Shown piece after piece: positions 26,733 to 35,446 of a DNA stretch of 63,880 nucleotides (its first letter is position 1; each line of letters begins with the position of its first letter). Both the position numbers and the translations under genes were made by a program. The DNA is from a virus (Duplodnaviria; Caudoviricetes): IMG/VR virus record IMGVR_UViG_3300022833_000010, positions 1 through 63,880 of that record; one strand, given 5' to 3'. A model generated the notes under the pieces. It had not been told where the DNA came from. It saw only the letters and a list, made by a program, of their open reading frames with translations, and made no database searches.

Positions 26733-26975
26733 TTACCCGTCTAGGCGAGGTGTGTTATCCGAGAAGGTTTTAACCCAGTTACGAACCGATAGTTTACAGC
26801 AGTTAAACTCTACTGCTACTTCTTGGATAGGCTTACCAGCAAGAATCATACCGACTGCTTGAAGACGATCTGAGTGAATACGTTTTCCATAAGGGCGGTT
26901 TTGAACAAGAGAGTAGTTAGCACCTTTGGAAAGTTCTTTTGCTGTTGGGAAGTTCCGGCGTACAAAATTAGTCAT
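26733..26975 (-). CDS. Small helix-turn-helix DNA-binding protein
   Basis: RLQAV..IL.G.PIQEVA.EFNC...SVRNWVK; start revised to MTNF. Confidence 0.7.
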   Translation of the reverse strand: MTNFVRRNFPTAKELSKGANYSLVQNRPYGKRIHSDRLQAVGMILAGKPIQEVAVEFNCCKLSVRNWVKTFSDNTPRLDG

Positions 26976-27165
26976 AAAAGCTTTCCTTATTGTTTGTTTT
27001 GGCGTTATCGCCGATAGCTTTAAGTTCTGCAAAAATATCTTCAATTGACTTTTCAACACTATTGTCAACGTAAGTATGAGACCACTGTTTATCAATGTCT
27101 TTTACAAGGTTAGAAAACTTGATTTCTTCTAGGTATTCAGAAGTACCTCTTTTAGCAATTGTCAT
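26968..27165 (-). CDS. Hypothetical protein
   Basis: ORF track. Confidence 0.55.
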   Translation of the reverse strand: MTIAKRGTSEYLEEIKFSNLVKDIDKQWSHTYVDNSVEKSIEDIFAELKAIGDNAKTNNKESFYD

Positions 27166-27194
27166 AGCACACCTTTCTAAGTTTAGTTCAGTCT

Positions 27195-27413
27195 TTACAG
27201 TCGCAACTTCATTTTACTTAACTGTTCTTTGAATTCTTCGTCTACTTTTTCTTCAGTTTTTCCGATTACAAGAAGAATCAACATTACAATTAGTGGACTA
27301 ACTAACAAAGCTGCGATAGTCCAACCTGCTGCGTTACGCCCACGGGATTCGGACATGATATATACAACCCAACACGTGAATGCCAAGACTGCAATAATAA
27401 TAAGAGTTTCCAT
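27195..27413 (-). CDS. Small membrane protein (..RGR...GW.. family)
   Basis: Two TM helices. Confidence 0.65.
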   Translation of the reverse strand: METLIIIAVLAFTCWVVYIMSESRGRNAAGWTIAALLVSPLIVMLILLVIGKTEEKVDEEFKEQLSKMKLRL

Positions 27414-27433
27414 AGTTTTATTCCTTTGTTTAT

Positions 27434-27447
27434 TTCATTATAGAGGG
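27434..27447 (-). promoter_or_regulatory. Class E (early) promoter-like motif, copy 1
   Basis: CCCTCTATAATGAA, intergenic, ~20 nt before ATG. Confidence 0.65.
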
Positions 27448-27467
27448 TGATAATTTCTCAGTTATCT

Positions 27468-28034
27468 TTAAGACTTTTTTAAGGTTTCCCAATCTGGTAC
27501 GCCGTCTTCTGTCTTTACTGTTGCGAGTTGCATTGGAAGGTCGTCAGAGTAAATACGTAAATCAACAACTTCATAAACAGGGACTTTCTTACGATATGCA
27601 ACGCCAAACCCATTGAAACAAGCAATATCATTTGTATAACTACAAACAGCATCTTTATCTGTGAAGAGAATCCAAGGGTTATCTTCTGTTTCAGCGCGCG
27701 ATATCAGTGTGTAAGTACCACAACAGCGTTCAATCTTAAAATCTCCGACTGAGTCATCTTTAATGGTGTAGTAATTAGTAAACCCCTTAACAACATCTCC
27801 AGTCTTTAGGTTCATAGTTTTTGGGAGACCCCTGAAACCAGTCGGAACGTCTTCTTTGACTAGCTCTAGATCAAGGTTGCAAGACCAGTTTCCAAAGTCT
27901 TTACCTCCTGATACTTGTACTGCTGACTGGTTTCCATCAAGATATGTAATAATACCGACGTCCCCTACCTTGTTACAGCTAAGAGCTGCATTACCAATGA
28001 TCTTTACTTTGTCGCCTACTTTGAAATTAGTCAT
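27468..28034 (-). CDS. Hypothetical protein with KVGD modules
   Basis: FKVGDKVKI, NKVGDVG, LKTGDVV. Confidence 0.65.
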   Translation of the reverse strand: MTNFKVGDKVKIIGNAALSCNKVGDVGIITYLDGNQSAVQVSGGKDFGNWSCNLDLELVKEDVPTGFRGLPKTMNLKTGDVVKGFTNYYTIKDDSVGDFKIERCCGTYTLISRAETEDNPWILFTDKDAVCSYTNDIACFNGFGVAYRKKVPVYEVVDLRIYSDDLPMQLATVKTEDGVPDWETLKKS

Positions 28035-28049
28035 TTAGTTATCCTTGGA

Positions 28050-28439
28050 TTATTTGTAAAAGATGTGAGTTCCGACAATAGCTACAATATCATAGCTAGA
28101 AGTCCAGTATGGGCTAACGTAGTCTGCGTGATACATAATAGCGCCGGAAGAAGGCATGTCAATGTTTCCTGATACGTATCCTTCAACAACAGCTTGAGAG
28201 TGTTCCCAAGCTAACTGATCGAGATAAGACATACGTGTTGGGTCGTCATGTTTACCGTCATTTGTCCAAGAGAATTGAGAGTCTTGGAAAACAACAGCAC
28301 ACACTTTGTCTGGGTATTTGTTAGAGACTACTCGGTTCATTGTTACTTCTATGACTGCGAGTTGGCCCATTAAAGGTTCGTTTCTTGCTTCAAAGAACAC
28401 ATTTAAAGAAAGACATAGTGCTGCTGCTGCGGTAATCAT
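28050..28439 (-). CDS. SleB/CwlJ-like cell wall hydrolase (Hydrolase_2)
   Basis: CL..NVFFEARNE...GQ.AV..V..NRV, QFSW, YHADYV.PYW, HIFY. Confidence 0.9.
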   Translation of the reverse strand: MITAAAALCLSLNVFFEARNEPLMGQLAVIEVTMNRVVSNKYPDKVCAVVFQDSQFSWTNDGKHDDPTRMSYLDQLAWEHSQAVVEGYVSGNIDMPSSGAIMYHADYVSPYWTSSYDIVAIVGTHIFYK

Positions 28440-28455
28440 AAGTTATACTCCTGTT

Positions 28456-28815
28456 TTATGTTGGCATTTTTAAGTCGTTATTTTTAGCGTACCTTTCACA
28501 ACGTTCTATAAAAAGAGGTAGATCTGAGTCTAGTTCTAGCCCATCATGTAAGCATTGCAATGACACTAGAAACTCGAGATTACTCCCTAAGTAACTAGGT
28601 AAAACCTCTCTTCCATAGAGATTTGCGACATCAGAACCACCGTTTACTGTATGGTCATCCATTTCCTTTAAGTAGTCTTTATCTTCAATTAAGTGACCGA
28701 TACCACACTTACGACCATTAGGTCCACGATAGAGACAACTCTCTTCAAACCTAGAAGGGCCACCTTGAGCAATTACACCAGATACCGATTTCGAGAACAT
28801 TTCTTGACGTGTCAT
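28456..28815 (-). CDS. Hypothetical protein (C.YRG..G.KC.IG.LI family)
   Basis: Motifs CLYRGPNGRKCGIGHLI and LQ.LHD. Confidence 0.65.
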   Translation of the reverse strand: MTRQEMFSKSVSGVIAQGGPSRFEESCLYRGPNGRKCGIGHLIEDKDYLKEMDDHTVNGGSDVANLYGREVLPSYLGSNLEFLVSLQCLHDGLELDSDLPLFIERCERYAKNNDLKMPT

Positions 28816-28817
28816 AG

Positions 28818-29012
28818 TTATACTCCTGTGTAAATGTTAGGGTTAATCTGAAAACTATCAGATACTTTGATAATCTCAATTTTGCTTAAGAAGTCCTCAC
28901 TCCATTTCATTTGATGTTGATGCACGAAAAATGCTGCATCTGTAATCTTTTCAAAAGGTCCGAAATCACAAACAGTGTTTTCTACGGAAGTTTCTTTTAC
29001 GTACCATTTCAT
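28818..29012 (-). CDS. Hypothetical protein
   Basis: ORF track. Confidence 0.5.
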   Translation of the reverse strand: MKWYVKETSVENTVCDFGPFEKITDAAFFVHQHQMKWSEDFLSKIEIIKVSDSFQINPNIYTGV

Positions 29013-29163
29013 AATGATTTCCTTGTTTTTTCTGATCCATCTTTTGAGATCAACGTGTTAAAACCCATCATACAACAGGCCGCGTAGTATTCTTCAGTTT
29101 CCTTTAAAACATCACAACAGTGAGGTTGTGGGAATACTACTAGTACTTGCATAGTGTTATTTT

Positions 29164-29457
29164 TCATGCTTTAGCCTTACTTTCTTTTGAAGGTTTACTT
29201 TTAGAAATAGCGAACAATCCAAAGTAGTCTATAATGAAAATTCCGAATACCGTTAAAGTTCCGAGAGAGTGGTCGTTTAGCATCATACCTATAGACACAG
29301 GTATTCCGATTAAAGGAAGAGATTTAGCAAAAATAGTTATCTTAAAAAAACTTTCAAAAAAGCTTGCCAAAATCATTCTCAAGGTAAATCCAATAAAAAT
29401 GTCAAGGAAGGGTACTCCAATGTAATCTAACAAAGGAGTTGAAGATAGGGTTTCCAT
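29164..29457 (-). CDS. Membrane protein
   Basis: Hydrophobic segments. Confidence 0.55.
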   Translation of the reverse strand: METLSSTPLLDYIGVPFLDIFIGFTLRMILASFFESFFKITIFAKSLPLIGIPVSIGMMLNDHSLGTLTVFGIFIIDYFGLFAISKSKPSKESKAKA

Positions 29458-29467
29458 AGTTTTATCC

Positions 29468-29761
29468 TTAATTGCTATAAATAGAATATTCTTCTATAAA
29501 GCAAGAAGCTGTGTTTTCGAAGTATTCACGTGGTAAGATCCACTGTTTAAAACTTCCATGTTTATTGTCACCTACACATACAGAGGAGTGCAAGTTGAAG
29601 TGGGGAGGGAGTGTGTCTAACACCACCTCAATAACAACCCCCTTGTTGTACATTGCGGCTTTCTCGTAGTTGTCTGTCCAATGTGTTAAGTTGCGAGTTT
29701 GAATATCTTTGCTCAACTCTTGAGCTTCACGTTGAGTAGTGCCTCTAAAGAATTTGTGCAT
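29468..29761 (-). CDS. Hypothetical protein, possible ADP-ribosyltransferase fold
   Basis: FFRGT ... THWTD....A..Y ... QWIL; start revised to MHKF. Confidence 0.45.
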   Translation of the reverse strand: MHKFFRGTTQREAQELSKDIQTRNLTHWTDNYEKAAMYNKGVVIEVVLDTLPPHFNLHSSVCVGDNKHGSFKQWILPREYFENTASCFIEEYSIYSN

Positions 29762-29804
29762 AGTGTTTCCTATTTGTTTTGTGTACAAAGCCCGTACAAT
29801 TAAG

Positions 29805-29832
29805 TGAACAGTTTTAAACCATGTTCAGGGTC
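29805..29832 (-). ncRNA. 28-nt H-type pseudoknot motif, copy A
   Basis: GACC-C-UGAACA-U-GGUU-UAAAAC-UGUUCA. Confidence 0.6.
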
Positions 29833-29841
29833 GTTAAAATT

Positions 29842-30018
29842 TTACCGATACTTATCTATTATCCAGATATTGAGTAACAATACTGGAGCGCCGAGTAGTA
29901 GTACTGAAATACACATACAGATACGAATAAACATAGGCTCGTCTTGGGAGTAATTCCACATTAAAAATACTAGTGAGAAGATTCCGGCAAGCACGTACAA
30001 TAGCATGAAAGTAGACAT
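29842..30018 (-). CDS. Small membrane protein (58 aa)
   Basis: Not in track; MSTFMLLYVLAGIFSLVFLMWNYSQDEPMFIRICMCISVLLLGAPVLLLNIWIIDKYR; SD GGAG. Confidence 0.6.
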   Translation of the reverse strand: MSTFMLLYVLAGIFSLVFLMWNYSQDEPMFIRICMCISVLLLGAPVLLLNIWIIDKYR

Positions 30019-30020
30019 AG

Positions 30021-30083
30021 GTTGTTCTCCATTTGGGTTATTTGATGTTTCTTCATTATAGAGGGGCGTTTTTCCCCACTTTT
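30021..30083 (-). promoter_or_regulatory. Class E promoter plus leader/RBS cassette, copy 2
   Basis: AAAAGTGGGG-N8-CCCTCTATAATGAAGAAACATCA...GGAGAACAAC; the 45-bp block is 44/45 identical to 30398-30442. Confidence 0.75.
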
Positions 30084-30093
30084 ATCAACATTT

Positions 30094-30396
30094 TTACTTG
30101 TTAATTTTGAGTAACATTTTCAACGCCATGTTTTCTGCACGAAGCTCTGATTGTTTTATAGTCCAGTTTTTGTGAGTTTCCCTGTTACGATCGTTAATTT
30201 CAACAACTGCCAGATACTCTTTATACCAAAAATTCCCGTTAAAAACACGATTAGAAATTTTCTCAACTCTGGAAAGCTTTTCAAATTGGTTTGAATTGCT
30301 TGAGTCAATAATACCGTCCAGTAAAATTTTTCCTTTGGCGGCGAGTCTACGGTTTTCCCATTTCACTTTTTTAGCTTTGAGTTTTGAAAAGATCAT
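30094..30396 (-). CDS. Hypothetical basic protein, first gene of the early region
   Basis: Directly after class E cassette copy 3. Confidence 0.6.
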   Translation of the reverse strand: MIFSKLKAKKVKWENRRLAAKGKILLDGIIDSSNSNQFEKLSRVEKISNRVFNGNFWYKEYLAVVEINDRNRETHKNWTIKQSELRAENMALKMLLKINK

Positions 30397-30397
30397 T

Positions 30398-30460
30398 GTT
30401 GTTCTCCATTTGGGTTATATGATGTTTCTTCATTATAGAGGGCCAAAAACCCCCACTTTT
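30398..30460 (-). promoter_or_regulatory. Class E promoter plus leader/RBS cassette, copy 3
   Basis: Same as copy 2, offset 377 bp. Confidence 0.75.
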
Positions 30461-30465
30461 TTAGC

Positions 30466-30483
30466 ACAAAGCCCGTACAATTA
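30466..30483. repeat. Dispersed motif ACAAAGCCCGTACAATTA
   Basis: Identical 18-mer at 29785-29802; related copies at 6813, 19851, 50637 (+) and 39806, 57669 (-). Confidence 0.7.
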
Positions 30484-30497
30484 CCCAACAATTTGAT

Positions 30498-30527
30498 AAA
30501 AAAGGCCACCCCAATTAAGGGATGACC
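30498..30527 (-). terminator. Intrinsic terminator ending the late operon
   Basis: GGTCATCCC-TTAATT-GGGGTGGCC-TTTTTT. Confidence 0.85.
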
Positions 30528-30533
30528 ATTAGT

Positions 30534-30884
30534 TTATTTTTTAGCAGGTCTTGGTTTAGGTTTAACTTTCGCTACAGTAGGTTTTTTCTTAGCCCACGAT
30601 TTCCTATTCAAGTTATTTTGAGACCGTGTGGCAGGCTTCAAATTAGAAGCTTTGTTGTCAGAACGATCTCTGTTTTTGTGATCTAGCTCAGTAGTAACTT
30701 TTTTACCAGTTGTCATTTCTTTAACAACACGGTGTACGTAATGAGCTTTTCCGTTTACACGAACGGTCTTATACCCGTCTCCATGACTCGTGCCAGCCTC
30801 GGAACCCGCAGCCTTTCGACCGCGAGCCTCCTTCCAGTATAGTTTTCCATCTTTCTGCTTAAAAAGCTTTTTCCACTTTTGCAT
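30534..30884 (-). CDS. HNH endonuclease
   Basis: VHRVV ... LDHKNRDRSDN...NL..AT.SQN..N. Confidence 0.85.
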   Translation of the reverse strand: MQKWKKLFKQKDGKLYWKEARGRKAAGSEAGTSHGDGYKTVRVNGKAHYVHRVVKEMTTGKKVTTELDHKNRDRSDNKASNLKPATRSQNNLNRKSWAKKKPTVAKVKPKPRPAKK

Positions 30885-33800
30885 TAGCGACCACCTCTCT
30901 CACGGTTAGTTGCGTTTACACCACCAGTAATTTGAGGAATCATCTTGACAATCTCTTTACGAGTTTGACGACTGACGTCACCAGTAACATTAATGTTGTA
31001 AACTTGCTGTTGTGATTCTTTTTGGCCGTTGTTCATGTTAGCAACTGCATTTTTAGAAAGAACCATTTCTCCGGGCATTAGCATAGCTGGTACGGAGTCT
31101 TTACCTGCTTGTGAGAAAGACGTACTTGGTACAGTACCACCTTGAGCCATACCGACTCCACCGAAGAAGCCAAGTATAGAGCTAAATATACCACCTCCTG
31201 CACCGGAGCCTCCTCCGCCACCTAGATTAGAAAAGAAGCCTGATATGCTTTCACCTAATCCAGAGAAAAGACCTGAGAGGGTCGACCCGAGAGATTCAGT
31301 TATCCCACCTTCTCCGCCGTTACCAGCAAGACCTTTTGTAATACCACCTTCAACAGTTTCACCAACTTTTGAACCGAAGCCAAGAACACCTTCAAATATA
31401 CCACCCAGAGATTTACCTAACCCACCTTCGGGGCTAAACAAAGCAGTAGTAAAACTTTCAGAAAAAGCGTTGATAATATTTGAGCTGAAACTATCTGCTA
31501 AGTCAAGTAAGAAACCTTTAGCATCACCTGTCATTAAGAATGTTGAGAATGCGTTTTGAAAATCTCCTTGGAAATTCTCTGCGTAACTTTCTGCGATCTC
31601 TTCAGGTGTTTTTGCAGTATCCTTTTTCTTACTCTTGCTTTTATCATCACTTATACTACTTGAAGTGTTAGAACTTTCTGTAGAAATGTCACTAATGCTA
31701 CTAGTAGACGATAGTCTCGCCCTAGCGAGTAAAGCATCAATTGTGGCAACATCGCCGTACTCGTTCCTACTTACGGCTCTTGCACGGGCGGATTCTAGAT
31801 CAGCAATATCTCCTGATAGTCCACCTCCAGCCAACATTTTAGGCATAATACCTGCATTGACTTTGGCCATAAAGTCTGGGCCGAATTTGCTGACAGCGGA
31901 CGCCTTCATTACAAACTCACCATTAGAGAGCATAGCAGGGATTTCGTCCGAAGTACCTGTTCCCTTGCCATTCACAGCACCACCAGAGTTGAAGCCACCA
32001 ACATCTAAAGGTAGTAGGCTATTACTAGGGGTAAAAGTAGGAGCAGCGACTACACTAGATTTTTGTACTTGAAGTATACCTGAAGACAAGTTATCTAATC
32101 TGTTAGTAATTTTCCGAATGGCTTCTTCAAACTCGCCAATTGCAGAGCTGTTTAACATACGACCAAGTAGACCCAGATCTGAAAGTCTATCCAACTCGTC
32201 TTGCCAAGATTCTAAAGCTGCTTCAGATTGAGCAATTGTCATAGAATTTAAGGAAGAAGTTTCAAGGTTAGCAATAAGTGCTGAGTTCAGAGGGTCGTTG
32301 TTTATATCTCTGTTGATAGCGTTGGTATTACGATCACTAACTGTACCTGTGGAACCTGTCAGTAAATTTACCGGTAAGTTGATTACTTTCTCAACAGTTC
32401 CCGCAATTAAATCTCTTAGTTTTTCTGATAACTCACTTTCAGAAGTTAGTAGAAATACACTGAGACCTATTGCCGCAGCAGCTAATACTGCAGGATTTGA
32501 AATTAGAGCGAAGATACCGCTCCTAAGCTGTTTCAAAGCTTCCGGACCTTTTAATCCTTTAAAGATCCTTTTAATTAATCCAGAGCCTAGCCTAAGTAGA
32601 CTAGCGGATAACCCCGGTGTAATTAAAAAAGCACCTGCAATTAATACGAGGGCTGTTGCCAGTTTATCGGAGAATTCACTATTAAAATCTTTTCCGAAGA
32701 AACCATCAACAAAACCACTTCCGATAGAAGATGCTATGTTTTTAATACCTTCTATTACGTTAGCAACAATATCACCTTCACCAGAAAGAGCATCTTTTAA
32801 TGCCTTACCAAAACCTCTTGCAACTTTATTGATAGCAGCTAAGAATTCCTTATCATTGCCAAGCACGTTTGCTGCACTTAAGAACGCACCAGCTAATGCC
32901 CCTTTAAGTACAAGCTCTCTTATTGAACGCTTTAGTGCAATACCTAGAGCAACCGATATCGCAGCTGCTAACTGATCGCTATTGGCATTAAAATATTCCT
33001 CTGTATTTGCTATAATATTGTCGAAGGATTCTGTGACACTTTCAGCTATTGCTATAGCACCAATAACAAGAGGTGTCTTCTTTAATAAGTCTAAGAAAGT
33101 ATTATAGTAATCGGAAGAAAAGTCAATTGCTCTCTGGAAACTATTTCTTATTTCTTCAGAAAATGGGAGGTCAATTCTGCCACCAGATTTCAAATAAGTA
33201 TAGTCTCCAAAATAATCCCAAGCTTCAGTCATCGAAGATAAAGTGGAAGACCAAGCCTCTGCTAGACCGTCAGTGATTGTTGTTTTCAAACCACCTCTAG
33301 ATTCTATTTCGACAAGCATGTCTTTATATTCTGATACAACTTTTTTGTTTAAGTTGTTAAAGACTTCAATTATCTTAGCACCCCACGCTTTTAATTGGTC
33401 TAAGGGTTTATCTAAGAATGTCTTTAAGCTAGACCCGACTGATAAGGATTGTCCTGCTTCCATGTGAGAAGGGTCAAAAATACCAGTCCACAAAGAACGA
33501 CCAACAACACGATCCCAGATTTCGTAAAAGATTGCAACAACGTTATCTTTAAACCTTGTCAACCCTGAAATAGCACTAGAGAAGCCAGTGAATATCTTGT
33601 CTGACAGATCAACTTGAGTTATAGCAGTATCCATAGGGATATAGCCAGACTCGCGTCTCCACATGTTTTTAACTACGTCTTTTATTTCTTCTACAGTAGC
33701 GATTACGTTATTCTTAGAATTAGCCATAGCAGACTGTATACCATCTAAGAACTTAGAAGCATCTATCTCGTCTGTAAACAATCCGGATATATCATCCATA

Positions 33801-34699
33801 ACATCTTGGGCAAAGTACTTTACATCAAGTCTAAGAAGTGTTAACCCAATTCTTGCTCTTAATGCCCATTCTTCTATGTTTTGTCCTAAGAAGTTTACAG
33901 CCTTAGTTGAAGATATAATTGCTTTCTTTACTAAGTCAGAAACCCCAATAACCTTATCCATGTTGGCTAAAGCACGAGTCCAAGCATCACCGAATACAGT
34001 AGCTAATCCTGCTACAGTCGCGTCAAGTGTGCCAAACTCGGAATTCATCTCATCAGCACCATCACGGATAGCATCAAAGACAGCTTCTGCAGTTAGTAAA
34101 CCGTCTTCAGCCGCTTCTCTCAGTTTCCCAAAAGGGATACCCATACCATCTGCAATAGCTTGGGCTAAACGAGGCATACCTTCTAGTACTGAATTTAGTT
34201 CTTGCCCTCGTAACTGGCCAGAGGCCAAACCCTGTCCAAGTTGGATAATAGCAGACTTAGCAGTTTCGGCAGCAGAACCTGAGAGTACGGCGGCTTGTTG
34301 TACAGCTTCAGTTACTCTTAGCAACTCTTTGGTTGAACGCCCTGATCCTTTTAGGGCTAAACCAAATCTGTTAAAGGTTTCAGCCGCTGCATCTACACTA
34401 CCACGAGATCTTGCGGAAATAGCAAATAGTTCTTTTAAGACTGCGTTAGTTTTAGTAATGTCTCTAGTTACTAGATTAACACGGTTGCTGAAGTTAGTCA
34501 TAGAGTCAGCGGCTCTTGTAATACCTTTTACTACGATTGTTGCAGAAAAAGCAGCTGTCAATCCAATAGCCATTTTTTGAAAGCTATTAGTTAACCTACT
34601 TGTTCTTACGTCTAGATTAGTTATGGAGCGTTCTAGTTTGCTCATTTCTCTTGTGGCTTGGCTAGCGTTAGCCTTTACCCGAATTTCTACTCCACTCAT
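30884..34699 (-). CDS. Tail tape measure protein (start revised to MSGVEIRV)
   Basis: QLGQGLASGQLRGQELNSV tape-measure motif; C-terminal GTSDEIPAMLSNGEFV and DSVPAMLMPGE. Confidence 0.92.
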   Translation of the reverse strand: MSGVEIRVKANASQATREMSKLERSITNLDVRTSRLTNSFQKMAIGLTAAFSATIVVKGITRAADSMTNFSNRVNLVTRDITKTNAVLKELFAISARSRGSVDAAAETFNRFGLALKGSGRSTKELLRVTEAVQQAAVLSGSAAETAKSAIIQLGQGLASGQLRGQELNSVLEGMPRLAQAIADGMGIPFGKLREAAEDGLLTAEAVFDAIRDGADEMNSEFGTLDATVAGLATVFGDAWTRALANMDKVIGVSDLVKKAIISSTKAVNFLGQNIEEWALRARIGLTLLRLDVKYFAQDVMDDISGLFTDEIDASKFLDGIQSAMANSKNNVIATVEEIKDVVKNMWRRESGYIPMDTAITQVDLSDKIFTGFSSAISGLTRFKDNVVAIFYEIWDRVVGRSLWTGIFDPSHMEAGQSLSVGSSLKTFLDKPLDQLKAWGAKIIEVFNNLNKKVVSEYKDMLVEIESRGGLKTTITDGLAEAWSSTLSSMTEAWDYFGDYTYLKSGGRIDLPFSEEIRNSFQRAIDFSSDYYNTFLDLLKKTPLVIGAIAIAESVTESFDNIIANTEEYFNANSDQLAAAISVALGIALKRSIRELVLKGALAGAFLSAANVLGNDKEFLAAINKVARGFGKALKDALSGEGDIVANVIEGIKNIASSIGSGFVDGFFGKDFNSEFSDKLATALVLIAGAFLITPGLSASLLRLGSGLIKRIFKGLKGPEALKQLRSGIFALISNPAVLAAAAIGLSVFLLTSESELSEKLRDLIAGTVEKVINLPVNLLTGSTGTVSDRNTNAINRDINNDPLNSALIANLETSSLNSMTIAQSEAALESWQDELDRLSDLGLLGRMLNSSAIGEFEEAIRKITNRLDNLSSGILQVQKSSVVAAPTFTPSNSLLPLDVGGFNSGGAVNGKGTGTSDEIPAMLSNGEFVMKASAVSKFGPDFMAKVNAGIMPKMLAGGGLSGDIADLESARARAVSRNEYGDVATIDALLARARLSSTSSISDISTESSNTSSSISDDKSKSKKKDTAKTPEEIAESYAENFQGDFQNAFSTFLMTGDAKGFLLDLADSFSSNIINAFSESFTTALFSPEGGLGKSLGGIFEGVLGFGSKVGETVEGGITKGLAGNGGEGGITESLGSTLSGLFSGLGESISGFFSNLGGGGGSGAGGGIFSSILGFFGGVGMAQGGTVPSTSFSQAGKDSVPAMLMPGEMVLSKNAVANMNNGQKESQQQVYNINVTGDVSRQTRKEIVKMIPQITGGVNATNRERGGR

Positions 34700-34718
34700 A
34701 GTGGTTCTCCTATATAAT

Positions 34719-34766
34719 AAAAAAGCCCCCGATAGTATCCTACATGTTGAGGAAGCCATCAGGGGC
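34719..34766 (-). terminator. Terminator/attenuator upstream of the tape measure gene
   Basis: GCCCCTGATGG...CTATCGGGGGC followed by TTTTTT. Confidence 0.7.
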
Positions 34767-34776
34767 AATTTAACTA

Positions 34777-35112
34777 TTAGTCTGGGGTTATTAAGCCAAT
34801 AGTTGTTAGCACTTGTTCGATAAAGTATTTCGGAGCTTGCTGACTGTGTCCATTATTTAATGTGCTTACGTGTTCGACATCATTTATAATAGCACCACCA
34901 GTGAAACCACCAATCTTATTTCTATCTATTTCATTTTCCCAGCCGAGTCTTGCTTCACCAGTATCAACTGGGGTAACAATTTTAAGCTGTTCTGTCCCGT
35001 AATTGATTAGAACTTCAATTTCCTTGTTAGCAAGGTCTTTAAATTCTGTTTCAATACGTTCTATTTCTTGTCGGAAGTTAACTACCTCCAAAGAGACTAA
35101 ACCTTTTTTCAT
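34777..35112 (-). CDS. HK97 gp10-like tail completion protein
   Basis: TPVDTG.AR.GW ... LN.GHSQQAP..F. Confidence 0.8.
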   Translation of the reverse strand: MKKGLVSLEVVNFRQEIERIETEFKDLANKEIEVLINYGTEQLKIVTPVDTGEARLGWENEIDRNKIGGFTGGAIINDVEHVSTLNNGHSQQAPKYFIEQVLTTIGLITPD

Positions 35113-35446
35113 TTTTTTCCAAGCCAAGGTGGTGTCCAGTTAGAACTATCCCCGCCTTTAGCCGAGAGCATCATGTTTAAGAATTTGCCTTTCGGTAACG
35201 CGGTGGTTTCTACTGGAGTGTTTTCTTTCATAGTTCTTAAGGTCACAAATAAATCTTCTGGTTTACCTTTGTAACCTTGAGACTGAAGCATTAAGAAAGT
35301 TCTTTGATCTTCTCTCCAACCAATAGGTCTTCTCTTAAAATACTTTACCCAGTTTAACAACTCAGTATAGGGCATTTCTTCTTGAATTTTGTAAACAGGT
35401 AAATTCAAAGCTTCTGCAATTTCAAAAATAGTCTCTTCGGATTGCG
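35109..35446 (-). CDS. Tail assembly chaperone, C-terminal (GT) extension reached by -1 frameshift
   Basis: -1 frame is open from the slippery site: LTQSEETIFEIAEALNLPVYKIQEEMPYTELLNW. Confidence 0.8.

Noticed and set aside
27434-27447. Resemblance of CCCTCTATAA to the preQ1-I riboswitch 3' strand
   Set aside because: No upstream AGAGG-UUC partner strand and no queuosine genes
31245-34580. Long plus-strand ORFs opposite the tape measure gene (up to 305 aa)
   Set aside because: Antisense shadows caused by codon bias; Ser/Ala/Ile-rich, no motifs, fully nested in a real gene
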